Of a stretch of DNA of 64,000 bases, positions 1 through 10,371 are shown in pieces. The DNA is taken from the NCBI GenBank assembly GCA_010093745.1, contig MU006001.1, positions 62,001 through 126,000 of the forward strand. The letters run 5' to 3'. The stretch is from Piedraia hortae CBS 480.64. Taxonomy: Eukaryota. Every line of letters begins with the position of its first letter. Position 1 is the stretch's first letter. The notes under the pieces were generated by a model. The model had not been told where the DNA came from, ran no database searches, and saw only the letters and a program-made list of their open reading frames with translations. The position numbers and the translations under genes were made by a program.

Positions 1-510
1 TGGGGCTTCCTTCTCCGTCCGGCCGCTGTTGAAGGCCGTAATCTCACCTTCGCTGTCCGAACCAACGACCAACCAGTCCAGGTCCTTGTCCTCGACTCTG
101 CCTCTTTTCCGTCCCCTCATGCCGAGCTTTCTCTCTAGTTCCGCAATCTGGGCATCAGCAGAGTCCATTCCGGCCTTGGCTTGCTGTCGAGATATGCGAA
201 ATGCACCGTCAGTGTCTCCAACTTCGTCCTCTTCCGCTTCCGCTTCCTCTTCCTCTTCGTCGCCCGAGTCATACTGCGGCTTGATTTGTTTGGATGATTT
301 CAAGATGGACTTGGGTTGCTCCACGTCTTTTGGCTTTGTTACATGTTTCTGCACTCTATCATTCTTCCTCTGATGCGATTTATGTATCGAGTTTTGGCAC
401 CGTTCTTTACGATTCCTGACCTTCAGCGTCCTCTCTCCCACCGAGCCGAGTTGCTCAAGTAAAGCCTTCGGCAATTTCGGTCCTTCAAAGCCCGTCTTAC
501 CCATCACCAT
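1..510 (-). CDS. 5' part of Sgd1/NOM1-like nucleolar protein (runs off window start)
   Basis: Hand translation from ATG at 510 is open to base 1: MVMGKTGFEGPKLPKALLEQ...acidic tract...DAQIAELERKLGMRGRK..DKDLDWL, resembling the fungal Sgd1 N-terminus. MIF4G/MA3 domains are not in the window. Confidence 0.6.
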   Translation of the reverse strand, partial: MVMGKTGFEGPKLPKALLEQLGSVGERTLKVRNRKERCQNSIHKSHQRKNDRVQKHVTKPKDVEQPKSILKSSKQIKPQYDSGDEEEEEAEAEEDEVGDTDGAFRISRQQAKAGMDSADAQIAELERKLGMRGRKRGRVEDKDLDWLVVGSDSEGEITAFNSGRTEKEAP

Positions 511-666
511 CTAGTCAAACTGAATATTTTCAGAAAGCGCACTGCCGAAGTTTGAACTCTGACAGAAAATCTGACCGTGGTGGCAACGCCCCACCTTTTA
601 TGCCCAATTAGGAAAACGCGCCCAAACCTCAACCCTTGGCACTCATCAAACCACGACGCAGACAAA

Positions 667-1117
667 ATGGCGCAAGACCACCTCAGCAACGACGAATTCT
701 TCACCCAACTCGCATCCGTCCTACAAAAAACGCAAAAAAAGGGCCACGGCTCCGTCTTCCTTGCGCAGAAACGATGTAAGTCCTCATCTTAGACCGCACC
801 ACGGCGCTGACTCGTCAGTAACATACCAAGCAGATTCTGCCCCAGGACAGACAGCCGAGAACAAGACATGGCCGCTGCTGGTTAGAGCAACAGACGGCAA
901 GTCTCAGAGCAAAGATCGGGTCAAGAACAAGGACAAAATCAAGCTTAGTACCGTTGTGCAGCCGCAGGATATAGCGGCTTTCTACACACGATATGCAGAC
1001 GTGTGCAAAGCGGGAATGCAGAGCCTCAAGAAGCGAGACCGGAATAAGAAGAAGAAAAAGGATAAGAAGAAAAAGAAAGCCGGAGAGGGAGAGGGAGGTA
1101 GCAAAGCCACTCAATGA
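667..1117 (+). CDS. SRP14: Signal recognition particle 14 kDa subunit; exons 667-775, 819-1117
   Basis: HLSNDEFFTQL..GHGSVFLAQKR|LTY..LLVRATDGK..KIKLSTVV..YADVCKAGMQSLKKRDR; intron 776-818 GTAAGT..GCTGAC..CAG restores frame. Confidence 0.93.
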
Positions 1118-1156
1118 TATCAGAAACGTTTGACGACATTGCCGGTCATTAGGCAT

Positions 1157-2362
1157 TCACCTTCTATTTCTACCGAACCTTCCGCGCCCTCGGGCCTTGG
1201 AGTTTTTGTTTTTGATTTTGAGAGCCCGGAAGTTTGCGTGGGCCGTCGCGCTGACTTTCTTAACGGCTTTGTCGACGGCTTTGACTCCCTTTTGGGCGGT
1301 GGTCTTGGCTTTTTGCTTGGCAATATTGTCTTCAGCATCATCTGCTGAGTTATCTGCCTCTGCACCTTGCACTTCTACAGCCTTGGTTGGGTTGTGGAGT
1401 ACGGGCCGCATAATCGCGCGCTTTGTCTGCCGCTTGAGACCCTTTTTCTTGAACGGTTTGCCTCCCGACTGGTCGCCTTCAGGTTCTTTTTGTGCGTCAA
1501 CTACCCCGTCTGGACCTAGCGGCATTTCCACCTCCGTCTTGCCATCGGGTTTGTTGTGCACTGGCTCCCCGCGAGCTTCAGCCTCCATCTCGTTCAGGAC
1601 GTCCAGTTCATCGTCCATGCGTTCTTCCTCCTGTTTCCTTAAACTCTGGATCATACTGCTCAGACTGCGAACCGGTCCCTTTCGTTTCTTGAACGGCGGA
1701 GGGCTGGGAACGTAAAGTCCATCTTTCGTCGCAGGCAAAGAATACGTGCGTCGTAGGAATGCGGGCGTTTCAAACAAGGCTTTGGCGACTTCCTCATCAT
1801 CTTCCAGCTTCCGCTTCGAGGGGGTGCAATCCGGCAGAGCGGAAGCCTTGCGTTTGGACGACGGCGTGGCTGCGGTGGATTTACTTGGAGTCATTAGATC
1901 TTTGACCGGAGCGGCTTTTGACGGCGTTCCTGCGATGCTTTTGGCGGGAGTCGCGAACGGATGGATGTCAAAGATGCCGAGGACTTGTCCATCTCTCTGC
2001 GGCGTTGGTCCCAAAGCACACCGGATATATGCTGGTGTTGGCTCCACTTCGTCTTCCTCATCAGCGACTTCCTTCTCCTTGCGCGGCGTGGCCAGGATGG
2101 GGTTGCGGCATCGTTCCTTTAGAGCGAAATCGGCAGCCGGTCGCGTCTTTTTCCGCGGAGTCGCCAGCGACGGTTTGGTCTCTATCTTCGCTTCGGTTTG
2201 GGGTTTTCTGAGACGCTCATATTCGCGGTATTTGTCGCGAATCGTCGCGTCTTTTCGTATATCGTCTTTGCCGGGCTTGTGTCCATTTGCTGCGAAGAAT
2301 TCTCGCTCCCACGCCTTCAGTTCTGTTTTGAGCGATTCCGCCATTGATTCGCGAGTAGCCAT
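1157..2362 (-). CDS. SLD2: DNA replication regulator Sld2/Drc1
   Basis: LKTELKAWEREFFAANGHKPGKDDI N-terminus, GPTPQRDGQVLGIFD, many TP/SP CDK-type sites, KKKGLKRQTKRAIMRP, AHANFRALKIKNK. Confidence 0.88.
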   Translation of the reverse strand: MATRESMAESLKTELKAWEREFFAANGHKPGKDDIRKDATIRDKYREYERLRKPQTEAKIETKPSLATPRKKTRPAADFALKERCRNPILATPRKEKEVADEEDEVEPTPAYIRCALGPTPQRDGQVLGIFDIHPFATPAKSIAGTPSKAAPVKDLMTPSKSTAATPSSKRKASALPDCTPSKRKLEDDEEVAKALFETPAFLRRTYSLPATKDGLYVPSPPPFKKRKGPVRSLSSMIQSLRKQEEERMDDELDVLNEMEAEARGEPVHNKPDGKTEVEMPLGPDGVVDAQKEPEGDQSGGKPFKKKGLKRQTKRAIMRPVLHNPTKAVEVQGAEADNSADDAEDNIAKQKAKTTAQKGVKAVDKAVKKVSATAHANFRALKIKNKNSKARGRGRFGRNRR

Positions 2363-2407
2363 GTTCAGGTGGGACTCTGTGAGGATTGACCGGCGGCAAA
2401 TGAGCGT

Positions 2408-2451
2408 CGCGTCGGTCGCGTAACGGGCGCGTTGGTGGTCGCGTCGCGCGT
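2408..2451 (-). promoter_or_regulatory. Cluster of five MCB-like (ACGCG) G1/S elements upstream of SLD2
   Basis: CGCGT at 2408, 2417, 2428, 2440 and 2447, all in one orientation, 46-89 bp upstream of the SLD2 ATG; SLD2 orthologues are G1/S-regulated in yeasts. Confidence 0.6.
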
Positions 2452-2554
2452 CAGATGAGTCAGCAACTGTCACATTAGTCAGCTGTCAAAGGTGACGTCA
2501 CCGCATCTGTCTACAGAACCTTTAGTCGGGCTACAAGATTCCAAGTAGAACAAG

Positions 2555-5500
2555 ATGAAGCAAAGGTTCAGCTCTCTAGATGTCTGTGTAATTGCCCACG
2601 AGCTCTCCAACACTCTTCCAACACTCCGTCTGGCCAACATATATGACCTTTCGTCTCGAATTTTCTTACTCAAGTTCGCGAAACCCAACCATCGCGAACA
2701 ACTAGTCCTGGACTCTGGCTTCCGATGTCACCTCACATCCTTTACTCGATCCACGGCCGCAGCTCCCTCGCCTTTTGTTGCGAGGCTACGCAAATTTCTC
2801 CGCACACGACGAGTCACAAGCGTCTCTCAAATCGGCACGGATCGCGTGATTGAGATTCAATTCAGCCAGGGCCAATACAGGCTCTTTTTGGAGTTTTATG
2901 CGGGTGGGAATGTTGTCTTGACGGATGGTGACCTGACTATCATCGCTCTGCTGAGAAATGTCCACGAAGGCGCGGAGAACGAACAGTATCGCTTGGGTTT
3001 GAAATATGATCTTACCAAGCGGCAGAACTATGATGGTGTTCCTGAGTTGACGGTAGAGAGGCTACGCAGAGGACTGCAGCGGGTTCTTGATAGACAGGAC
3101 CAACTAAAGGAGAAAGGTGGGAAAAAGATTAAGAAGAAAAAGGGAGATGATTTGAGAAAGGCTCTTGCGGTTACGACTACAGAGTTTCCGCCCGTGCTGA
3201 TTGATCATGCGTTGTACGTTGGGAGATACGGGCGGGATGTTCTCCCAAAGGATGTGGTTGTCAGCGAAGAGCTTCTGGAGAAGCTGTTGGAGTGTTTGAA
3301 GGAGGCTCAAAGGGTTGTGCGGGATATCACGAGCGCGGAGTCGGCAAAGGGTTATATCCTGGCGAAGAAAAGCAAGTCGTCGAACGAGCAAGAGGGAGAG
3401 GGCCAATCGAATTTGGTTTACGACGACTTTCATCCATTCAAACCGGCGCATCTTGTTTCCGATGAGTCGACAACGTTTATCGAGTGCGAGGGTTTCAACA
3501 AGACCGTGGATCGATTTTTCTCTTCTCTGGAGGGACAAAGGCTTCAGGGTCGGTTGCAGGAACTAGAGGACAATGCCAAGCGGAGGATTGAAGCCGCCAA
3601 GCAAGAACAGGCTAAGCGAATTGATGGGTTGCAGCAAGTGCAGGATGCCAACGAACGCAAGGCTCAAGCGATCGAAGCAAATGTAGAGCGAGTCGAAGAG
3701 GCAATTGCAGCCATGAACGACCTCATCTCCCAACGGAGCGACTGGGCTGATATCGCAGCCGTGATTGAGCAGCAGCAGGCTCGACGCAATGCCGTTGCCG
3801 AGCTGATCCAGTTGCCGCTCAAGCTCTACGCAAACGTGGTAACCCTACTGCTACCTGAACACGATGCCATCCGGGAAGATGATGATCTCGCAGATGAAAC
3901 CGACAGCGAGGCCTCTGACTCTGACTCTGACGACGAACCAAAGCCGTCTCCGCCAAACAAACCCCTTGTCGTCGATATCGATCTCGGCAAATCCCCCTGG
4001 GCAAACGCAAGACACTACTACGACCAACGTCGTTCCGCAGCCGTGAAGCAAGAGAAAACCAGTCAAGCAGCACAAAAAGCCATCAAGAACACGGAAAAAA
4101 AAGTCCTAGCCGACCTGAAAAAGGGCACCAAACAAGAAAAGCAAGTCCTACGACCGGCGAGGAAACCAATGTGGTTCGAAAAATTCATCTTCTTCATCTC
4201 CTCAGACGGCTACCTCATCATCGCAGGTAGAGACGTGCAGCAAGACGAGCTCCTCTACCATCGACATCTTCGCAAAGGCGATGTATACGTCCATGCTGAT
4301 TTGCAGGGCGCAGCGAGCGTTATAATCAAGAATAACCCACACACGCCAGATGCTCCAATTCCGCCTTCGACGCTAAGTCAGGCTGGGAATTTGGCTGTAT
4401 GCACGAGCTCTGCGTGGGAGAGTAAGGCTGCCATGTCGGCGTGGTGGGTTAATTTTGATCAGGTTAGCAAAACGGCACCGACGGGGGAGTATTTGAGTCT
4501 GGGGAATTTTGTTATCAGTGGGAAGAAGAATTATTTGCCTCCAGCTCAGCTTTTGCTAGGCTTTGCGGCTCTGTTTCGGATTAGTGAGGAGTCGAAGCAG
4601 AGGCATCTTAGGCATCGGTTGGGTGAGGGGAATGCTGATTCTAGGGAAATTGCAGATGAGAAAACTGCCGAGGAGGCTCATGCAGATGACAATGGTGACG
4701 AGGGTGAAGGCGAACATGGTGATGCTGAGGCTTTTCATGAACAGACTGACGTTGATGATGCCAGATCAGACGTCTCCGAAGATCATCTCCGCGTCGAATC
4801 GGAGGATGAAGATGAGAAACGGCAAAACCCTTTGATGCCTCCAAGCCAGACAGCTGAGGATGGGAGTGACAGCGATGCAGACGAAGGCACCGAAGCTCCA
4901 CCGCTTGAAAGTCCTACATCAAAGAATGCAGCAGAGAACGAGGATGTCGACTCCCAACCCACACGCCAAACCTCAGCCCGCGAGCGCAAGGAACATCGCC
5001 GCGCCCAAGCGGAAGCGTCCGCACGGGGCAAAAAAGGGCCCCAAGTGCGCGGCAAAAAGGGCAAAGCGAAGAAAATCGCCCAAAAATATGCTGACCAAGA
5101 CGAAGAAGACCGCGAACTCGCTATGAAACTCCTAGGCTCCAAAGCCGCCGAAGGGAAACGCGAGGCAGAAGCAGCTCTTAAAGCAGCCAAAGCCAAGTCC
5201 CTTGAAGAAGCAGCCGCAAGACGAAGGGCACAGCATGAGAAAACACAAAAAGAAGGACTAGCTGCAGAACAATTGCGTCGTCTCAAGCTTGAAGGGGATA
5301 CAACCATGGACGACGACGACGACGACGAAGAGGCGGAGCAGTCCGCTCCGCTTGACTGTCTCGTTGGTACACTCCTACCTGGGGACGAGGTCCTGGAAGT
5401 TATCCCGCTATGTGCACCGTGGACGGCCCTGGGAAAGTACAAGTACAAGGCCAAGATGCAGCCAGGACAGCAGAAGAAGGGTAAAGCCGTGAGGGAGATT

Positions 5501-5728
5501 CTGGGCAAATGGACTGCTGATGCTAGTGATGGCAAGAAAATTGATTCGACGAGCCAGGACGCGGAGAGGATTTGGCCTAAAGAGGCGGAGCTGTTGAAGA
5601 CGATGAAGGAGGCGGAGGTGGTGGGTGTTGTTCCTGTGAAGCAAGTGAAGGTTATGATGGGAGGGGGAGATAAGGCTAAGGGTGGTGGGAGAGGGAAGCC
5701 GGGGAGGGGGAGGGGGAAGAGGAGGTAG
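2555..5728 (+). CDS. RQC2: Ribosome quality control subunit Rqc2/Tae2/NEMF
   Basis: MKQRFSSLDV NFACT-N start, WFEKFIFFISSDGYLIIAGRD NFACT-R, PLCAPWTALGKYKYKAKMQPG C-terminal domain; intronless 1057 aa. Confidence 0.96.
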   Translation: MKQRFSSLDVCVIAHELSNTLPTLRLANIYDLSSRIFLLKFAKPNHREQLVLDSGFRCHLTSFTRSTAAAPSPFVARLRKFLRTRRVTSVSQIGTDRVIEIQFSQGQYRLFLEFYAGGNVVLTDGDLTIIALLRNVHEGAENEQYRLGLKYDLTKRQNYDGVPELTVERLRRGLQRVLDRQDQLKEKGGKKIKKKKGDDLRKALAVTTTEFPPVLIDHALYVGRYGRDVLPKDVVVSEELLEKLLECLKEAQRVVRDITSAESAKGYILAKKSKSSNEQEGEGQSNLVYDDFHPFKPAHLVSDESTTFIECEGFNKTVDRFFSSLEGQRLQGRLQELEDNAKRRIEAAKQEQAKRIDGLQQVQDANERKAQAIEANVERVEEAIAAMNDLISQRSDWADIAAVIEQQQARRNAVAELIQLPLKLYANVVTLLLPEHDAIREDDDLADETDSEASDSDSDDEPKPSPPNKPLVVDIDLGKSPWANARHYYDQRRSAAVKQEKTSQAAQKAIKNTEKKVLADLKKGTKQEKQVLRPARKPMWFEKFIFFISSDGYLIIAGRDVQQDELLYHRHLRKGDVYVHADLQGAASVIIKNNPHTPDAPIPPSTLSQAGNLAVCTSSAWESKAAMSAWWVNFDQVSKTAPTGEYLSLGNFVISGKKNYLPPAQLLLGFAALFRISEESKQRHLRHRLGEGNADSREIADEKTAEEAHADDNGDEGEGEHGDAEAFHEQTDVDDARSDVSEDHLRVESEDEDEKRQNPLMPPSQTAEDGSDSDADEGTEAPPLESPTSKNAAENEDVDSQPTRQTSARERKEHRRAQAEASARGKKGPQVRGKKGKAKKIAQKYADQDEEDRELAMKLLGSKAAEGKREAEAALKAAKAKSLEEAAARRRAQHEKTQKEGLAAEQLRRLKLEGDTTMDDDDDDEEAEQSAPLDCLVGTLLPGDEVLEVIPLCAPWTALGKYKYKAKMQPGQQKKGKAVREILGKWTADASDGKKIDSTSQDAERIWPKEAELLKTMKEAEVVGVVPVKQVKVMMGGGDKAKGGGRGKPGRGRGKRR

Positions 5729-5997
5729 CGTTCTACAGCATTATGGACTACAGCTATCTACGTTGTGGAAATCGATGTGATTGATGCCAAGCCACCGAAA
5801 CTGAGACTTCCATCTGAAGACGTCCTACATACGGTTAGGGTTCTACCCTAACAAAGACAACGTATCAACATCCAGCTTCAGGACGATCAGCCGGAGCGAG
5901 AGAGCCCCGTGCCTGCCTAGAATATCATCCCCGCAAACTCCCAAACCTCCCATCAGCCACATAGCACTCCTCCCGCAATGCACTCCATCCCCTCAAG

Positions 5998-8900
5998 ATG
6001 AAAACACACAAAACCCTAGCCGTGGTGGCCCTTTTAGCCACCAACCTCGCCAACGCCGTCCCCTCCGTGGACGTTAGCTTACGAACCTCCTTCCCTGCAC
6101 CCCCCTATCTCCTAGAACTCCTCGAAACCGCTGCAGAAGAAAACAGTACGGCCTACCACCCCCTCCTCGACCGCATTGCAAATGGCTACTTTGACGGCAC
6201 CGCAACCGAACAATCCCTCTACACCAAATTTCGGAATTTACTACAGCAAGATGGCCATCTCAGCAGAGCGGATCTCTCGTCTTTCGATCTCGCAATGTCG
6301 CTGCATTCCGCTGCGCCCAGGATTGAGGCTCATTTTCAGTATTACAACACAACCGTGAGACCGAGATTTGGGGACGATGGGTGTGAAAGTTGCTGGGCGT
6401 GGGTGCCGTCAACGGGAAAGCGGTTCTGTTCGCCTGACATGGACTCTTCCACGGGGACGCTTGGGGCGGAAAACCTGCATCAGTTGCCGTTTGATAGGGT
6501 TCTTGGCTCGGGTATTGAGTCGGTTTTGTATGCGGATATCACTTCACAAGCGTTTAGGAAGTTTCATGAAACGCTCAGCAAGACGGCGAGGGAGGGAAAG
6601 ACTTCTTATCGTGTGCGATACGTGCCGACGAAAGGATCCGGGGAGAAGGTTGCTGTAGGTGGGTATGGGGTTGGGTTGGCGTTGAAGAGGACGGATTATA
6701 TCGTTATCGACGATCGGCAGACTGAGGGGAAGGAGGAGAGTGAAAGTGCTGCTCAGGCGACTTTGAGTGAGGAGGAGGTTTCTGATCTCCGGCCGCTTTC
6801 TTCGTCGGAGCTTGCTCGACTGGGATTGAAGGCGGCTTCGTTTGTGATGGCCAGCGAGCAGCCGTTGGATACGCTGGTCAAGCTCAGTCAGGATTTTCCG
6901 AAACATTCCAGCGCTATCGCTGCTGTGAATGTCTCTTCGGAGTTTTTGAACGAGCATAGGGAGAATCGTGAGATTGTTCTACCCCCCGGATTCAGCGGTC
7001 TCTGGATCAACGGCGTGCAGGTCATTCCTCGCGAGATTGACCCTTATGCCCTGCTGGAACACATGAGACGTGAAAGGAGAATGGTAGACGGAGCACGTAA
7101 ACTCGGGCTTACTGCATCTCAAACAATCGACCTCATCAGCCACGATGCCATTTCCAAATCCTCGTCCAGCCAAGACGTCCCGCGATTCGACTGGCGAGAC
7201 GACATCGAGGGCGGAAAAGTCATCATCTGGCTCAACAACGTCGAAAAAGACAAGCGATATTCGTCCTACCCAACCAGCATCAACGCTCTCCTACAACGCA
7301 CCTTTCCCGGCCAACTTCCCCCCGTCAGGAGAGATATCCACAACGTGATCATGCCAATAGATTTCTCCGACTACGAAGACGTCACGAAAGTGGTCTCTAC
7401 CCTATCCAACTTCATCCAAAGAGACGTACCCGTCCGCTTCGGTCTCGTGCCCCGGACAGAAAGCAACTCTGCAGCCGCCCAGGCAAAAATCGTATACTAC
7501 CTCCTGACCCGCTACGGCCTCTCAACCATGCTCGGCTACCTCGAAGTGTCAATCGAAGAAGCAAAGCGGAAATTCGGCCCCCCGCAGGAGAAATCCTTCA
7601 ACCAAGCCATCTCCGACCGACAGCTGCGGAAGAAGCAGACACCCATGGGGTTTGCTGACATCCTAACAAGTCCCGAGCTGGATACCAAACTCGCCGCCGC
7701 GGAAGCGTATCTCACCCGACTGAACCCCGGTAAAGCCACCCCTCCCGTCCTGGCGAACGGCGTGGCCGTCTCACGGAGCGAGTGGCTTCAGGAGATGAGT
7801 GAACGCGTCACGCTCGATCTGAGGATGGTGCAGAGGATGGTGTTTGAGGGGCAACTAGCTGAAGACACATGGATCCCGGAACTGTTTCTCGCTAATGCGG
7901 CGAGGAAAAGAAATCCTTTGCTCATGCCGGATAGTGATGACAGCGTCAAACATGTTGATCTTTGCAGTTTGGCTGGGTTGGAGGGGGTGGTAAAGGCTAG
8001 TGGGGATACGGTGGAGAGTGAACTTGTGCATCTTGTTGTTGTTGCGGATTTGGGGAGTGAGGGGGGTTTTGCTCAATATATGGAGGGTTTGTTGTTTCGG
8101 AGGGAGCACGATAATGTTGAGGTTGCGGTTGTGGATACGGGGAGGGATGGGGTTGGGGTTGATGCTTCGCGGATGGTGCAGCGGTATGATGTTCTTGCGG
8201 ATGAGATGGGGGGGAGGAAAGGGGATATTTACCGTCGGATGTTTGAGGAAGTTGAGAGGAGGCCTGCTCTGCAGAAGGCTGGGGTGGATGGCGTTGTTTC
8301 TGCCATAGGGCTTGCGCCCGGGTACAAGGCCCTGCTCATCAATGGACGGGTGGTGGGACCTTTGCCAATGTCTGAGCCGGTTGATGGCGATGACTTGGAA
8401 ACGCTGCTCTCGTATGAGCGTAAGAAGAGGCATGTTCCTGCTTTGACCGCTATTCAGGAGTTGGGGCTTAAAGATAAAATCGTTACGGCATTGGATTTTG
8501 CTAGGCTGTCTAATCTCATGGCAAGAGCTCAGGTGTCTGATGTGCCGGAGGGTATCTTTGAAACCGCGCCATCGACCCGGGTCAGCTTTTACCGCAAATG
8601 GGGTGCCGAACACACGGCTATCAAAGTGGGAGATATGGAGTCGGCTGGCGTGCAGCTTGTTGCTACCATCGATCCAGCATCTGAGATTACGCAAAAGTGG
8701 ATTCCCATTCTACAGAGACTTACTGAAATGGACGGCGTGGCGGCAATGATATTCCTGAATCCCAAGGAGCGACTGGAGGAAATCCCCATCAAACGCTTCT
8801 ACCGCTACGTGCTTGAGTCGAAGCCTGCTTTTGACAAAGACGGGTCTATGAAAAGGCTATCAGCCCATTTCAGCGGTCTGCCCGCTGATGCTTTACTGAA

Positions 8901-10371
8901 CGTCGGAATGGACGTTCCTCCTGCATGGCTCATTGCGCCCGAAGAGGCCGTCTACGATCTAGACAATATCAAGCTGAGTACTCTCAAGGGTGATGCCAAC
9001 ATCGAGGCCGTCTATGAATTGGAACATATCCTCATTGAAGGCCATTCGCAGGATGTCACCCTCAACGCGCCGCCAAGGGGGGCGCAGCTGGTGCTGCAGA
9101 CTGAAGCGAATCCGACCTTTGCTGGTACGATCATCATGGCGAATATTGGATACTTCCAGTTCAAGGCGAATCCTGGAGTGTATAGCCTTTCAATGCAGAA
9201 GGGACGGAGCAGTGAGATTTTCAAAATAGACAGTGCGGGAACGCTGGGGTTCGGCGTTGTGCCGGGCGATAATGGGACAGAGCTTGCCTTGACGAGCTTT
9301 CGCGGCGTTACGCTTTATCCACGGTTATCACGAAGGCCGGGTATGGAGGAGGAGGATGTTCTGCAGCCTTCGGCGTCGTCGTTGAGTCATATTACGGAGA
9401 GTGCTGAACAGTTCCTTTCAAACGCTGGTCTTCCGGGACGGTCACTCCTCCACAAGGCATCTCAATGGCTCTCCAAAGACACGCCCACATCCAGCCACGC
9501 GGACATCAACATCTTCTCCGTCGCCTCGGGCCATTTATACGAACGCATGCTCAACATCATGATGGTCTCCGTCATGAAACACACCACTCACAGCGTAAAA
9601 TTCTGGTTTATTGAACAGTTCCTCTCACCCTCCTTCAAACGCTTCCTCCCTACCCTCTCCACGACCTACAACTTCCAATACGAAATGGTAACCTACAAAT
9701 GGCCGCACTGGCTCCGCCCCCAAAAAGAAAAGCAACGCGAAATATGGGGCTACAAAATCCTGTTTCTCGACGTCCTCTTCCCCCTCGACCTCGACAAAAT
9801 CATCTTCGTCGACGCCGACCAAATCGTCCGAACGGACATGTATTCCCTCGTGACCCACAATCTCCACGGCGCGCCCTACGGGTTCACACCCATGTGCGAC
9901 TCCCGCACGGAAATGGAGGGCTTCCGCTTCTGGAAGCAAGGCTACTGGAAAAACTTCCTCCGCGGCCTACCATACCACATTTCAGCCCTCTACGTCGTCG
10001 ACCTGAAAAAATTCAGACAAATGGCCGCTGGGGATAGACTGAGACAGCAATACCACCAACTCTCCGCTGATCCGAATAGTCTGAGTAATCTTGATCAGGA
10101 CCTGCCGAATCATATGCAAATGGCACTCCCGATTCACTCGCTGCCGCAGGAGTGGTTGTGGTGTGAGACATGGTGTGCGGATGAAGGGTTGGAAAGTGCG
10201 AAGACGATTGATTTGTGTAATAATCCGTTGACAAAGGAGCCGAAGCTGGAGAGGGCGAGACGGCAGGTCCCGGAGTGGGGGGTCTACGACAAAGAGATTG
10301 GGGAGTTGGCGAGTAGAGTTAGGGGGGGTGAAATGAAGGGGGGCGTGCAGGAGGGGAGGGATGAGTTGTAA
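5998..10371 (+). CDS. UDP-glucose:glycoprotein glucosyltransferase (UGGT/Kre5 family, GT24)
   Basis: Signal peptide, INIFSVASGHLYER, YKILFLDVLFP, FVDADQ, NLDQDLPN, IDLCNNP, C-terminal ER-retention RDEL. Confidence 0.96.
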   Translation: MKTHKTLAVVALLATNLANAVPSVDVSLRTSFPAPPYLLELLETAAEENSTAYHPLLDRIANGYFDGTATEQSLYTKFRNLLQQDGHLSRADLSSFDLAMSLHSAAPRIEAHFQYYNTTVRPRFGDDGCESCWAWVPSTGKRFCSPDMDSSTGTLGAENLHQLPFDRVLGSGIESVLYADITSQAFRKFHETLSKTAREGKTSYRVRYVPTKGSGEKVAVGGYGVGLALKRTDYIVIDDRQTEGKEESESAAQATLSEEEVSDLRPLSSSELARLGLKAASFVMASEQPLDTLVKLSQDFPKHSSAIAAVNVSSEFLNEHRENREIVLPPGFSGLWINGVQVIPREIDPYALLEHMRRERRMVDGARKLGLTASQTIDLISHDAISKSSSSQDVPRFDWRDDIEGGKVIIWLNNVEKDKRYSSYPTSINALLQRTFPGQLPPVRRDIHNVIMPIDFSDYEDVTKVVSTLSNFIQRDVPVRFGLVPRTESNSAAAQAKIVYYLLTRYGLSTMLGYLEVSIEEAKRKFGPPQEKSFNQAISDRQLRKKQTPMGFADILTSPELDTKLAAAEAYLTRLNPGKATPPVLANGVAVSRSEWLQEMSERVTLDLRMVQRMVFEGQLAEDTWIPELFLANAARKRNPLLMPDSDDSVKHVDLCSLAGLEGVVKASGDTVESELVHLVVVADLGSEGGFAQYMEGLLFRREHDNVEVAVVDTGRDGVGVDASRMVQRYDVLADEMGGRKGDIYRRMFEEVERRPALQKAGVDGVVSAIGLAPGYKALLINGRVVGPLPMSEPVDGDDLETLLSYERKKRHVPALTAIQELGLKDKIVTALDFARLSNLMARAQVSDVPEGIFETAPSTRVSFYRKWGAEHTAIKVGDMESAGVQLVATIDPASEITQKWIPILQRLTEMDGVAAMIFLNPKERLEEIPIKRFYRYVLESKPAFDKDGSMKRLSAHFSGLPADALLNVGMDVPPAWLIAPEEAVYDLDNIKLSTLKGDANIEAVYELEHILIEGHSQDVTLNAPPRGAQLVLQTEANPTFAGTIIMANIGYFQFKANPGVYSLSMQKGRSSEIFKIDSAGTLGFGVVPGDNGTELALTSFRGVTLYPRLSRRPGMEEEDVLQPSASSLSHITESAEQFLSNAGLPGRSLLHKASQWLSKDTPTSSHADINIFSVASGHLYERMLNIMMVSVMKHTTHSVKFWFIEQFLSPSFKRFLPTLSTTYNFQYEMVTYKWPHWLRPQKEKQREIWGYKILFLDVLFPLDLDKIIFVDADQIVRTDMYSLVTHNLHGAPYGFTPMCDSRTEMEGFRFWKQGYWKNFLRGLPYHISALYVVDLKKFRQMAAGDRLRQQYHQLSADPNSLSNLDQDLPNHMQMALPIHSLPQEWLWCETWCADEGLESAKTIDLCNNPLTKEPKLERARRQVPEWGVYDKEIGELASRVRGGEMKGGVQEGRDEL

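Noticed and set aside
5765..5817. Box C/D snoRNA between RQC2 and UGGT
   Set aside because: No canonical RTGATGA box, terminal stem or recognisable rRNA guide.
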